DNA from: Octopus bimaculoides
Lineage: Eukaryota
Direction: 5' to 3'
Assembly (NCBI RefSeq): GCF_001194135.2
Contig: NC_068984.1
Span: 83,311,941 to 83,365,585 of the forward strand
Length of the DNA stretch: 53,645 nucleotides
Position numbers and translations under genes: made by a program. Positions 12,791 to 24,917 of the stretch are shown here, piece after piece; positions within the stretch are counted from its first letter, which is position 1; each line of letters begins with the position of its first letter. Below the pieces are notes generated by a model. It searched no databases and was not told where the DNA came from. It was given only the letters and a program-made list of their open reading frames with translations.

Positions 12791-13520
12791 CCGAAATTTT
12801 AGAAATGTTTTCTTTAAATCAATGAAAAAAGCCTAGAAATGAAAGAAATTCTATTTTTTTCGATTCCGTTTTTATTTTCTCCTTTTATTGAGTTAATTGT
12901 ATTTATATATTTATTTATTCAGTTATTTATCGGTTCGACATTTTGAACGAAACTATTGCTGTATGTACCGAAACTTCAAGTTAGAATTGTACTGATTAGA
13001 ATGACAACTAACAATCGTTCAAATGAACTGGGCTCAAAGCATAAACATGTCTGATTTTAGCTGTAGAAGACCGATACCTATCCACAAAGAACAACAAAAA
13101 CGAAATACTGAAATGTTATTATCACGTACAGACCATGCAACCAGTACAATGAGGCGGTTAACTTCATAATTTTAGCTGCCCTAAGGATTGAGTAAACCGC
13201 TACGTCTGCTGGGCAATTTACCGAAACTTCGACGTGAAGACAGATAAGTTATAAAAACATGTATCAACCATAGTGTATGACAACAACTTGGCCACAATCA
13301 TCTGGAACTGGTAAAAAAAATGTCTCTACTCTGATATTACTTCGATCCTTTCTGACAAAAACATTGCCTAAAAGAATATTGACAAACCATTTGTACAGCA
13401 CATACAAATCACAAACATATATAAACAAAATTGTACACTCCACACAGCATAATCTACACAATCAATACCCAAAACTGAAATACATAATACCAGTCAAACA
13501 GTACATATTCCCCTTAATCA

Positions 13521-13553
13521 CCACGTGACACTAAAACGCTTAACGCCAATCAC
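13521..13553. promoter_or_regulatory. E-box plus CCAAT pair
   Basis: CCACGTGAC at 13521-13529 and GCCAATCA at 13545-13552. Confidence 0.22.
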
Positions 13554-14654
13554 ACACAATCACCAGCCAACAAAATAACACAACACTTAATGTGCACACT
13601 CTGCGCAACATAGCGAACACAAACGTAACATTGAACAACGTAGCAAACCCCGCAACATTGCAAAATAGATATAGTATAAAAACGCAGTTCTATATCTCCA
13701 AAGCAAATATTTCAGGAACATGGTGTTTCACTTGGAGGTGCATAGAAACTCGCATAAAACTAGGATTATAATAAAAATAATTTGTTACATTGACATGATG
13801 CAGCAGATTTGGCATTAATTTTCGCTAACAACGATTGGATATTTATGAAGATATTCCTTCCGCCTGATGAAATACGAGACGAAAATGTTACAGGATGCTT
13901 GCGCATGTAATGCATTAAATTCTTATTTAGATTTTATGGCTCTTAGCTTAATTTAAGTTTTATATTACTAACTTTGTACTAAATACCGATTGATCAACAG
14001 CTATAAACACGTTTGCGGAACAGAAAGCAAATCAGTGCCAGTCACGCAAATTTAGCACGAAACATGATAAACTATACAAATGAAAATCGTAATACTTGCC
14101 CCAAGGTTAAAGAAGAATACTTAGCTCGAAGTTCAGATGAGAAGTACGAATAATGAAGTCAGGAAAATACTATTTTGTCAGAAACGAATAAATCTATATA
14201 CAATATCAAATATTGAAAATTTTTGTAAAGGGTTGGTCTTTAGCCCCTAAGACCTACAAATAAGAAAGAAATGTCATCTATGGACAAGTATGTCATGTAT
14301 ATTTTACATCTAAACTATCCACATAATGGAACTGCTACAATGTAGATGCATTTTCTCTTGAGAGAAAATAAATCATTATCTGAAAGTTGTTCTCATTAGA
14401 GACACACTTGAAAACTAAAAAAAGTATAAAGGCATAGACATAGAACGCTTTGGAAGGAGAAAAAAGACGTCATGAAAATATAAACGAGAAATAAGCAATC
14501 AACAAGAATACAAAATGGAACATAAAATTATTAAAACCACACACACTGAAGACATAAATCAAAAAGATAGACTTAGCACAGACAAAACTAACAAATAAAA
14601 GAACTAAACGATGCCCCAGCATACTAATAGCATATCGAGGAAAAGAGTTGAAAG

Positions 14655-14796
<142 letters not shown>

Positions 14797-15899
14797 AGAA
14801 GTAAATATATTAGAAGCCTGACAATATGTACACAACTGAATATTAGAAGGCTATATAAATATGATATATATAAGGTAGATCGAAAGATCAAAAGTTGGAC
14901 ATATGATAATAATCTAAAGGTGGGAAAACTTAAAGAATTAAATTCTATAAATTTTCTATCTTGTGGCCCCATGAAAGACCCTATTAAAACTGGAACTTCA
15001 CGATAAAGCTACATTCAAGATTACAGATATGGTTAACTGGTTGAGAAGTTCGCTTTGTAACTATATATCCCCGGGTTCGATCTTACTTTGTAATTTCCTG
15101 GTGAAGCGTTTTTTACCATAGCTTTCGTTGACCAATTATCCTGAGCAGTAACTATCATGTGTGAGAGAGAGTGTTTGTGCGTGTGGTGCATGTGTGTGTG
15201 TATACGTTTTTTGCCGATATATACCAGCGAAGAATGCTAGCATCGGCAAGAAAACTAAAAAGAAATGTACTTTCGAATAAAAAATGTCCTTTATGAAATG
15301 TGTTCTGCCCAGCTACAACCAGAAAAGCAGTCAAACGTTGCTATTTTTCACTAAATATAATATAATCATAAAAATATAGAAATAATTATTTCGTAATATA
15401 AGCATAAGCCCATAAACATAGTGAGAGAAGTTAATCGATTTAATCGCCCTGAGTACTTGATTGACATTTTATTTGATCGACACCAATAGAATGAAAAGCA
15501 AGTTTGACCGCTGCAGGATATCAATGCAATACATAAAGAGCCGGAAAAAATACCGTGAAAAATTTCGTTCAACACCGCCAACGATTCTGCCAATCTACCC
15601 CTCTAAATAAATGATACAAATAATACCTAAAGTATGTCATCATAAGCATAGTGGAGACAGTTGTGAACGCCAACGTCGCCAGCATAAAGTATATGCTATC
15701 TACTGTATTTATAAAGGGCAGGGGTCTATCTGTGTAAGCTTTCTAATGCAGAATCATTGAAACCAAGCAAAACAGTGAAAAAGCAACACGCAGAAGAGAA
15801 TAGTAAAGTAAGAAATAGAGAAATACAAAAACAAATAACAAACAAAAATGACTACCTGGAGTCAAAGCACACCTGCGTGATAAGGGAACTTCGCTAAAT

Positions 15900-17340
15900 T
15901 ACAAATAATTTGTTCTTATGAAAAGTGCAGTGCGTTTTTGAACCATACAAACTTTGTCTTCAACGGAAAACGATTTTATGATTAACTAGATAGAAACAGA
16001 ATAGAAACTAATGAAGCACTAAAAAGAGAAGTAGAAGAATTTGGGGAATAGAGTATGAACAATGACTGGATCGCCGCAAGCAAGAATATTCAAAGCAACA
16101 AGCAACACCAGAAAAAAATCTCTGAGAAAAATAGCAACTAAGAAAAGTTATAGTGTGCCAAACTTATAGCTAAAATACCCAGAAGGTAGCAACAAAATAC
16201 TTGCAAAGTTGTTCATTGATCTACTGATAGAACAAGAAAGAATATTTGAATTCTTCAGCAAGTTAAAATCACGCCTGAGGCATCTTCAAAGCCCCCCAAA
16301 ACTACAGACGCACAATCTGCTTGATTAAAAATGACTAAATATCAGTTGTATAATAAAGGGTACACGTTCTAGCCCTAACAAACGTATGTCCTGAGTAAAA
16401 ATTCCCGATATGATATTAGATAGAGAAGACATTTCATTCTCATGAGAGAAACTGAAGATAAACTTACAAAGACTTAATAAATTTACAAGATAGACTACGA
16501 CATAAAAAAAGAAGGTTAAAAAGATCTAAAGACCAGCTGATTTTCAACAACTTAATAACTGAAGATTAAATAGCAAAAAGAGAAGTATTTACTCTTAGTA
16601 TGGGTTGACAGTGTTCTCCATCAATAGGATTCTGGATGAGCCAGGAGTAAAATAGTATCACTATCAAGGCGGTTCATCAAACCAGACATGAATAAACAGA
16701 AGACGATTTCACAGTAGAAAAAGGGGGAGAGGACGAAAAAACGAAATCAATCCAAAAGATTAAAATTCCAAAGTAGCAATAATCAGCTAACTTATACTGG
16801 CAGATTGCTTCAAATCGTTAACTGGAAGCAACAGAGAATTTTTAAAAAAATAGATGCGTTGCACCAATTCAAAAGAAATTTGACGTGAAATTTATTTTTA
16901 AAATTCTTTGAATGTTATTTTGAACAGATGAGAGCTCACAAAAAATTTCTCAATATGATATTAGATAGAGAAGACATTTCATTCTCATAAGAGAATTAAA
17001 CTGAAGATAAACTTACAAAGACTTAAGAATAAATTTACAAGATAGACTGCGACACAAAAGTACAACGCGCCAGGAAGAAATGTAACAGATGCGGAGATTA
17101 ATATTGCGCTAAATTTATGAAATAGAGCTAAATACCAACAATAAGGCAACAAATATCAATAACAGAGCTGTTTTAATAATAGGATGTAGTTAGTCTTAAT
17201 ATGAAACTAATTGAGTTACCAAGACTAAGTGAGGAAACAAGAAAATAATTGCAGTATATAGAGTACATGACTCAAAAGCAAAAATGATTTTTTTTTCAAC
17301 AATGAACACATAGAGGCCTTCTGCAACTAGAAAACTATTA
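15900..17340 (+). pseudogene. Decayed R4/Dong-type (restriction-like endonuclease) non-LTR retrotransposon, reverse transcriptase region
   Basis: Colinear fragments KRFYD..EVEEF (15968-16042), LAKLFIDLLIEQERI (16200), PQNYRRTICL (16294; cf. PKNYRPITCL), KDQLIFNNLITED (16528; cf. KDQLMINKAI.ED), IELNTNNKATNINNRAV and KKIIAVYRVHDSKAK (17122-17284). Confidence 0.75.
16408..17059 (+). repeat. About 100-bp direct repeat pair (16408-16507 and 16953-17059)
   Basis: Both read atatgatattagatagagaagacatttcattctcat...actgaagataaacttacaaagacttaa...taaatttacaagatagact.cgaca.aaaa. Confidence 0.95.
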
Positions 17341-17425
17341 GAAAATATCTACTTCAAAACTACAAAATTATCTAGTAAACAATAAAGAAAACCAAATTCA
17401 AAGAAGTTCAAATCATGAACATATA

Positions 17426-17575
17426 GGCGCAGGAGTAGCTGTGTGGTAAATAGCTTACTTACCAACCACATAGTTCCGGGTTCAGTCCCACTGGGCAAGT
17501 GCCTTCTACTATAGCCTCGGGCCGACCAAAGCCTTGTGAGTGGATTTGGTAGACGGAAATTGAAAGAAGCCCGTC

Positions 17576-17669
<94 letters not shown>

Positions 17670-17934
17670 GTGTGTGTGTGTTTGTGTGTTTGTGTGTCTG
17701 TGTTTGTCACCCCACCACTGCTTGACAACCGATGTTGGTGTGTTCACGTCCCCGCAACGTAGCGGTACGGCAAAAGTGACTGATAGAATAAGTACTAGGC
17801 TTACAAAGAATAAGTACTAGGCTTACAAAGAATAAGTCCTGGTGCCGATTTGTTCGACTAAAGGCGGTGCTCCAGCTTGGCCGCAGTTAAATGACTGACA
17901 CAAATAAAAGAATAAAAGAATAAAAGAAAGAATA
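17426..17934 (+). mobile_element. Full-length tRNA-head SINE family A with internal (TG)n and a (taaaagaa)n tail
   Basis: Head ggcgcaggagtagctgtgtggt (A box) and gggttcagtccc (B box), internal (TG)n, 3' body with a 22-bp tandem duplication of gaataagtactaggcttacaaa, short tandem tail. Confidence 0.95.
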
Positions 17935-18016
17935 TCCTTAAAACAAAAATATACTCTGTATGTGTGTGTGCGCGTGTGTGTGTGTGTGCGTGTGCGCGCG
18001 CCGCACGCGCGTGTAT

Positions 18017-18092
18017 CTTTTTATCTTTTGTTTCAGTCAGACTGTGGCCATGTTGGGGCACTGCCTTGAAGGGTTTTTAGTCGAACGAATCG
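18017..18092 (-). mobile_element. SINE family A tail fragment, inverted relative to the preceding copy
   Basis: Reverse complement aligns to 17846-17917. Confidence 0.85.
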
Positions 18093-18169
18093 CCTCAGAA
18101 TTTAAATATATATATATATATATATTCATGACGGCCAACAAATATAAAAATAGAGGCTAAGCTAGAAAG

Positions 18170-18590
18170 CAGTTGTGTTGAAAGAAGACGAAACAATACC
18201 AAAAAATACCAATCTTTGCTCAACACTGAACATATAAACATGATAGGGTTGGAGGTTTAATACACTGAAAATTAAGCCCAACTGGAATATGTGCAGGAAA
18301 GGGTTGATATAAAACACTCCACAAAGGTTCTTAGAGATTGACAAAGTAACAGAACTGCAGGACATGCTATGTCACGCATATAGGCAAGTCGTCCACATGC
18401 TATGAAAATAATCAGAAAAAAATGTCTTGTAATCGACGTATCAATTCCAACGGGCGACACTATGTCTGGAAGAAACGCAGAAACTGTCCAAATGTAAAGA
18501 CATGAAGCTAGAGATAACCAAAGTGTGGGAATTGAAAACAGAAGTAATCCTCATAGTATTAGATTTCCTGTGGATGATAAAATAGATACG
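18170..18590 (+). pseudogene. R4/Dong-type retrotransposon C-terminal (zinc knuckle / restriction-like endonuclease) remnant
   Basis: KHDRVGGLIH*KL (18236; cf. RHDxVGxxIHWKI), KCLVIDVSIP (18420; cf. CLLIDVSIP), SKCKDMKLEITKVWELKTEVILIV (cf. SKYKDLEIEIxKMWxLKT). Probably the same element as 15900-17340, split by SINEs. Confidence 0.85.
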
Positions 18591-18618
18591 CACTCACGCA
18601 CACACTTTCAATTACGTA

Positions 18619-18672
<54 letters not shown>

Positions 18673-20510
18673 TACAGTATCTTCAGTAACTTATACGCAT
18701 ACACAAGCTACATCTGCTGGACTTTGCAAGTATTATTACGAAAAGTATTCTCAATACTTAAAAAAATAATGCAGTACCCAAAGCTCGTCATTGCACTGGG
18801 TAAAGTAGTAAAAGGCTCGCAATAATAACGGAAATACTAAAATGATAATAAGGGCTAACAGAACCCGTGAAAATTACACGATTTATAATTATTATGTTAT
18901 TATTTCTATTTTGATAACCTAGAGCACGTGTTGATTGCATTTTTTGCCTTCTCGCCGCACATCACGTCTAGTTGACTTTATGCATGTGCATCATCATATC
19001 ACGAATCGACAACACCCACCCTTTCAATCGATTGAAGGTCCAGTCTCAAGAGTTTCGAAAATCATATTTACATCGAGTTCTGAATGTCCTCCACGAAGAG
19101 ACTGATCAGCGTAAGCCCACTACGCTCAAATTGTCTCTCAAGACATGTGACTCATGTTCTTTACCAACCCTCTGAAGATTCAAGTCTAGACCTTTTAAAT
19201 GTCACATTTCCCCACCACCACTACCATTGATGGATTTTGAGTACCTAATAACACTCTGAATGCCAAGTGCCAACTTTCGATCTACCCTTTACTTCGAAAT
19301 CTCGTCATTTCCAAAGCAACATGGCCATCTCAGTCAACTGAGACAAACGAAATGAGATATAAATGTAACAGTCAGACTGGTAGTCAGCATGCAGGAAATA
19401 CAGATATCAGTGAAGGTTATCACATCTAAATTGTCACAATTTTACTCAGGTCAACAAGTTTTCGCTTGTAAACATTACTTCTTTTTTTCTCTCTCCTGTA
19501 CATTTGGCCCGTTTGGCACGCAAGGTTATCCATTCATAACATGATCTTGTGTCAAAGTTTAGTCTTGATATTACACTAGAGAGGCATTAACGTTCTTCCT
19601 TCTTCTCCATAGCGCAAATAATCCAATAGTTCACCTCTATTGGTATTGCCATTAATCTGACCTCCACAAAATGCTTATCTCTGTAAACCGAACTTGTATT
19701 TTGGAATTTTTGCTCTTCGCCTGTTCTTCTTAGTGAAAACACTACCCTTCTTTACAGGTTCTCTGTGTGAACTATGTTCTTTAATAATATCTTCCAAATC
19801 TCCACTCCTGTTGATAGCCTTGTCTCGTAGATGTATCTGCGTATAATTGTATATTACTGCAATCTTCCCGCTAACATGGCAGTAATCATATATATTTTTT
19901 TCAGGCATCATGTTGATGTCCGAACATTTATCTATACACATACATCAGGATCAATTTTTTTCACTATCGTCCCTTTCATGACTGCTGTTATTCTGTTGTT
20001 TGGTATTACTATTATCATCCTTGTCGCTGTTGTTGCTGCTGTCATTACCAGAAGTGACAATATCGATTTTCTTTTGTCTCAGTATTATCTTATTGTTTAT
20101 GTAAATGTTGTTCTAAGTGTTGTTGCCGGCGATGCTGTAAAAGCTGAAATTATTGTTGCCATTTGAGCAATTTTTCACAATACCATAAAAATTTCTATAT
20201 TCTTCCTCAGCTTCCGAAAGAGGAAGTTAGCTTCCACAGTTATGAAATTCATCTCTCACCGGTACCAGAATAGCCAGATTGGAATTAATTTCTTCAGCGT
20301 AAGCAAAAACAAATAACAACTAAGCCTGCGTCTTTAAATGGAGAAGATACATAAAAAGTTACTCTACAATTCCTTGAAATAATATCAATAAAAGAAATAC
20401 AGTTCATCTGATTTATATCAGAGATATAAATATTACACAACGTTGAGCAAGAGATGATTCATAGCATGTCTTTGCATTGTAAAATCAACTGCAACAGTAA
20501 TAACGATAAT

Positions 20511-20688
20511 TCTTTCTACAACAGGTACAAGCCCTGAAATTTTGAGGAAGGTGGCAGGCCAATCACACCGACCCCAGTCGATTGACCCCAAAAGGATAAA
20601 AGGCAAAGCTAACCTCAGCAGAATTTGAACTCGGAAGAAACATTACTAAGCATGTCCAACGTGCTATCGATTCTGCCATCTCGCTACC
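20511..20688 (-). mobile_element. SINE family C
   Basis: gaccccaaaaggataaaaggcaaagctaacctcagcagaatttgaactc...cgattctgcca. Confidence 0.8.
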
Positions 20689-20711
20689 TTAGTAATAAGG
20701 ATAAACAATAC

Positions 20712-21297
20712 CCTTATAGCGGCTTTCGTGGCTTTTCATCTTAACTGATTGGAAGAGTTAACGTGCATGTTTTGCCTTGGTGTAAAGGATGGTCTACACC
20801 AAATATTCTGCTCGGTACCACAGATTCGCTTGTCAGTTGCTTGACCATAACCAGTTGAACATATCCCTTTATGGCTGGTGATATGTGCATCTCTGATCAC
20901 GAGCAGGAATAATGGGGGAACATCACAGTCGCATGTGTTGAGAGAGATTCTTTGGAGTTTGAATAATTTCGCACTGGAAGTATGGGTGTTTTGTTCATCA
21001 TCCTTTAAAAAAACTCCTTATTCGGGTACCTTTTGATCGGGATGGGCTACTCGACCTAAAGAAAATTCTAACTGGGCCGCATTTGCAAGATCATACGTTG
21101 TTTACCTTGATATGAGATCACGATGTCACGTACATATGAGTGTAATGCATGTACTTGGTGTACCCTTACCAGACGGGTAGTCATGATGGGTAAATTGGGC
21201 TTCGTATATTTGTACCCCAACGTCAATTTGATGGCATGTGCTGCTTTCTAACTCAATAATAATAATAATAATGATAATAATAATAATAATAATAATA
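20712..21297. mobile_element. Interspersed repeat ending directly in (TAA)n; possibly an untranslated end of a (TAA)n-targeting R4/Dong-type element
   Basis: Partial second copy at 7986-8080. Ends ...ctaactcaataataataat. Dong elements are known to target TAA repeats, but the assignment here is inference only. Confidence 0.55.
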
Positions 21298-21792
21298 TTA
21301 TATTTATTTCATTGTACGATCCGAGAAAATTTTGTATTCTGTAAATGCTCATATTTGTATTCTCTATTTTTATACATAAATTTATAAACTTAATAACTTT
21401 GCTTCGTTATCTTAAAAATTGTAGTTGCATCTTCGATATTGTTCCGTAGTTAGGGCTATCACATTATGTCAAAGATTTTGGTTATGTCTCCGTTGTCGTT
21501 CCGTAGTTAAGGCCATTTTTTTTATTGCCATGGTGCAGATTTCATTTATGTCTTCGATATTGCCCCATATATTACGGTTAATAGAAGAGTAATACTCGAA
21601 CAACGAACACATGCCATTACAAGGTGACTAATATTATAGATATTTATGTTGCAGTCGTTACAGTGGGTGTTATTTGTGTTGTAGATGTTTGGGATGTCGT
21701 AGCTGTTAGATGTTGTTGTTTTTGTTATTGCTGTTGTTGTTGTTGCTGTTGTCGTTGTGGATAATGGTGAAGGGGAGGAGGACGAAAAGAAT

Positions 21793-21848
21793 GATGATGA
21801 TGATGATGATGATGAGGAGGAGGAGGAGGAGGAGGAGGAGGAGGAGGG
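21793..21848. repeat. (GAT)n(GAG)n compound microsatellite within a GTT/CAC low-complexity region (about 21680-22360)
   Basis: Direct reading. Confidence 0.95.
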
Positions 21849-22494
21849 CGGGGAGAAAGTTCTTTTCTGATTCAAAGTACTCTTCGTTCTTTGAATGACT
21901 TATCCATATAGCAAACTTTTCTGTTTCTGCTATGAAACAAAATTGTTTCGTAGAAGGTAAATAATGTCTGAGTCCTTCCCATTACACGATGATTCTGCCA
22001 GCAGTACTACCACGCCCACCACCACCACCACCGCGATCTCCACCCCCACCGGGCCAACAACAACAACAACAACCCAACCACCAGTACTTATACCACTTTT
22101 ATTACCATCAGCAATATAACCACCACAAATCTCTTATACCATCACCAGAACCTTCACCAATACAGTTATAATAGCGAACATCATCACCGAATCCCCTACA
22201 ATCACATCCTACATTAAACCACCACCACTATAACAACCTCTGCTGCCACAACAACTATCATCACGTAAACCATCAACTCAGCCAGGATCACTTCCAAACC
22301 CACCACCAAAATTATCTCTACTGTCACCACTACTACTACTGCTACCAACAACAACAAAGGAAGCTTTAACTAAAACTATACTGAGGATTATACCTTAGAT
22401 TAAACTACAAATGATGTAGGATTTGTGTTTGTTCTCTATTATGTGCTCAATGGATATTTCAATTTCATTTGTGTGTATGTGTGTGTGTCTATAC

Positions 22495-22599
<105 letters not shown>

Positions 22600-22782
22600 T
22601 ATATATATATACATATATATATACACTCATACACACACACACGTGTCTGTATGCATTTATGTATGAATGCATGATGTGCGCGCGCAAGTTTTAAGTGACA
22701 GTGATACGCGGAGTAATAGAATAAAACTGCAATATATTGTTATGACGAGATAAAACAAAAGAATACCGATCCATATTTATAC

Positions 22783-22832
<50 letters not shown>

Positions 22833-23180
22833 AATTCATGTATTTGTATATACGATATGTATATGAGAATGTTTCCTATCTACCTCTCTATCTGTCTGTC
22901 TATCAATGTATCTATCTAATTTCCATTTATTTTTCTAATATATACATTTGCGTATGTAAATATATACATATCCGTACAAATAAATAAATATATATTGTGT
23001 GTGTGCATCTATACACACAACACACACAATAGCTACACAGAAATACAAACGTATATTTACGTATACACACCTGTAAATACTTATACAGCAGTACGAAGTG
23101 TATCCATGTGAATGTATGCATTTCTGTATAACAACGCGCATGAATGTGAGTATATATTTATGTATGTGCTTTTGTGTATA

Positions 23181-23224
<44 letters not shown>

Positions 23225-23571
23225 TGTGTCTGTGTGTGTGTGTCTGTGTGTGTGTGTGTAAGGAAGAAAAGATTAAATAATCTGGTTTTGCAAACATAAA
23301 ATATTACACCCAGGTTAAATTAAGCCGCTGATTTCCATTTTCCCCATCACAGTGCACGGTAAATGCATTTCTGCTGCATCTATGGCAGATTATCTATAAT
23401 TCTTTACTATCCCCATGCCCCAAATGTAGCAGTTACTGCAATGTTTTTGGATTTTCGTTCTGCTATTCGGGAGATTTGGCTTTTCGTCGCCATAGTAACG
23501 CATTTCAGATATGTTCATCAAGTGTGCATCACTGAGTGCCTACCATATCTGTCTATCTGTCTGTTTGTCTA

Positions 23572-23614
<43 letters not shown>

Positions 23615-23768
23615 CCTATCTACTTATCTATCTATCTATTTATCTATCTATCTATTTATTTCATATATACATCCATACATACACATACACACTCACATAT
23701 GTATATTCATATTTCTTTATGCGTTTATATACACGCACATATATGTATATATATGTAAATATACATAT

Positions 23769-23864
<96 letters not shown>

Positions 23865-24475
23865 CTTCGTGCGTATGTAGTTTCGAATATGTGTGTGTAC
23901 TGCGTTTGTGCGTGCATGTATGTACGTACGTATATATGTATGTATAGGGTAGTGCTGAGTATCTAGAATTTTATAATTTTATTAATTGTGCATAGAAAGT
24001 TTTAATTTCAAAACATGTTGGAAATTTAAAAGAAGATTATATTTATATATTAGACTTTCTAATTTTTTTTCTATTTTAAGAATCCTAAAAATGCAGTTTC
24101 ATTGTGTTTTATTTTTTATTTGATTTTTAAGTTAAAAAATGTTTCCATAATTTAAATGTCTTTCTAATCTATTAATATTTTCGATAAATTGGTATATGTA
24201 CAAAATATACATAATATACCGATAATACATTTTGATATATGTATCTAATATAAAAATGCATATGTAATATATAGATACAATATTTAATAAATGCACCTAA
24301 TTTACATAATATATGTAAATAAGATGCTATCAACATATGACTATTGAATAAAATGTTTGAATGTTTGCGTGGTTTGTTCATGAGTTCCAGTCAACACTGT
24401 TACTTGATTAGCCCCTAATCTTCCCTCAAACAAGAGCCTACCGTCTTGTAATATAAGGAGTTCTCCAGGGGCTCT

Positions 24476-24917
24476 CAGTGGTTCTCAACCATTTTTTATC
24501 TATAGACCCCTTTGATTACCTTTTTAATTCTCTGGACCTCCATAACCATTCAATCAGTTTTATAGAAATTTCTTTCAAACTTCCTATTTTGTTTTTCACA
24601 CATTAACTTTTGAATGTTGAACTATGGAAAATATTAGAGGAAGAAACTTAACTGTTTCTTGCAATATATATCAATACTCTCTTTACTTGTTTCAGTCATT
24701 TGACTGCGGCCATGCTGGAGCACCGCCTTTAGTCGAGAAAATCGACCCCCGGACTTATTTTTTCTAAGTCTAGTACTTACCACACAGCCACTCCTGCGCC
24801 TACATTTAAAGTAGAATTTTTTCAGTGGTCCTTAAAATACAATCGTGGATCCCCGATTTACTATTTTCTTGTACATGTAACCTCAGGGACCATATGGTCC
24901 CCGGTTGAGAACCACTG
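24476..24917. mobile_element. hAT/Charlie-type MITE (442 bp including a nested SINE)
   Basis: Perfect 15-bp TIRs cagtggttctcaacc (24476-24490) and ggttgagaaccactg (24903-24917), a typical Charlie terminus. The 8-bp TSD is not preserved. Confidence 0.88.
24677..24801 (-). mobile_element. Internally deleted SINE family A nested in the MITE
   Basis: Tail sequence (tttacttgtttcagtcatttgactgcggcc...tctagtactta) is joined directly to head sequence (ccacacagccactcctgcgcc). Confidence 0.92.

Noticed and set aside
17426-17500. tRNA gene (A and B boxes; also at 893, 45408, 52875)
   Set aside because: No cloverleaf, and it continues into SINE body sequence repeated across the window.
19675-19941. 88-aa minus-strand ORF with a basic C-terminus
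   Set aside because: No recognisable motif or splice boundaries. Cannot be supported as coding.
21954-21956. 3-nt microexon candidate (tag|AAG|gtaaat)
   Set aside because: A-rich, weak pyrimidine tract. Expected by chance in AT-rich DNA.
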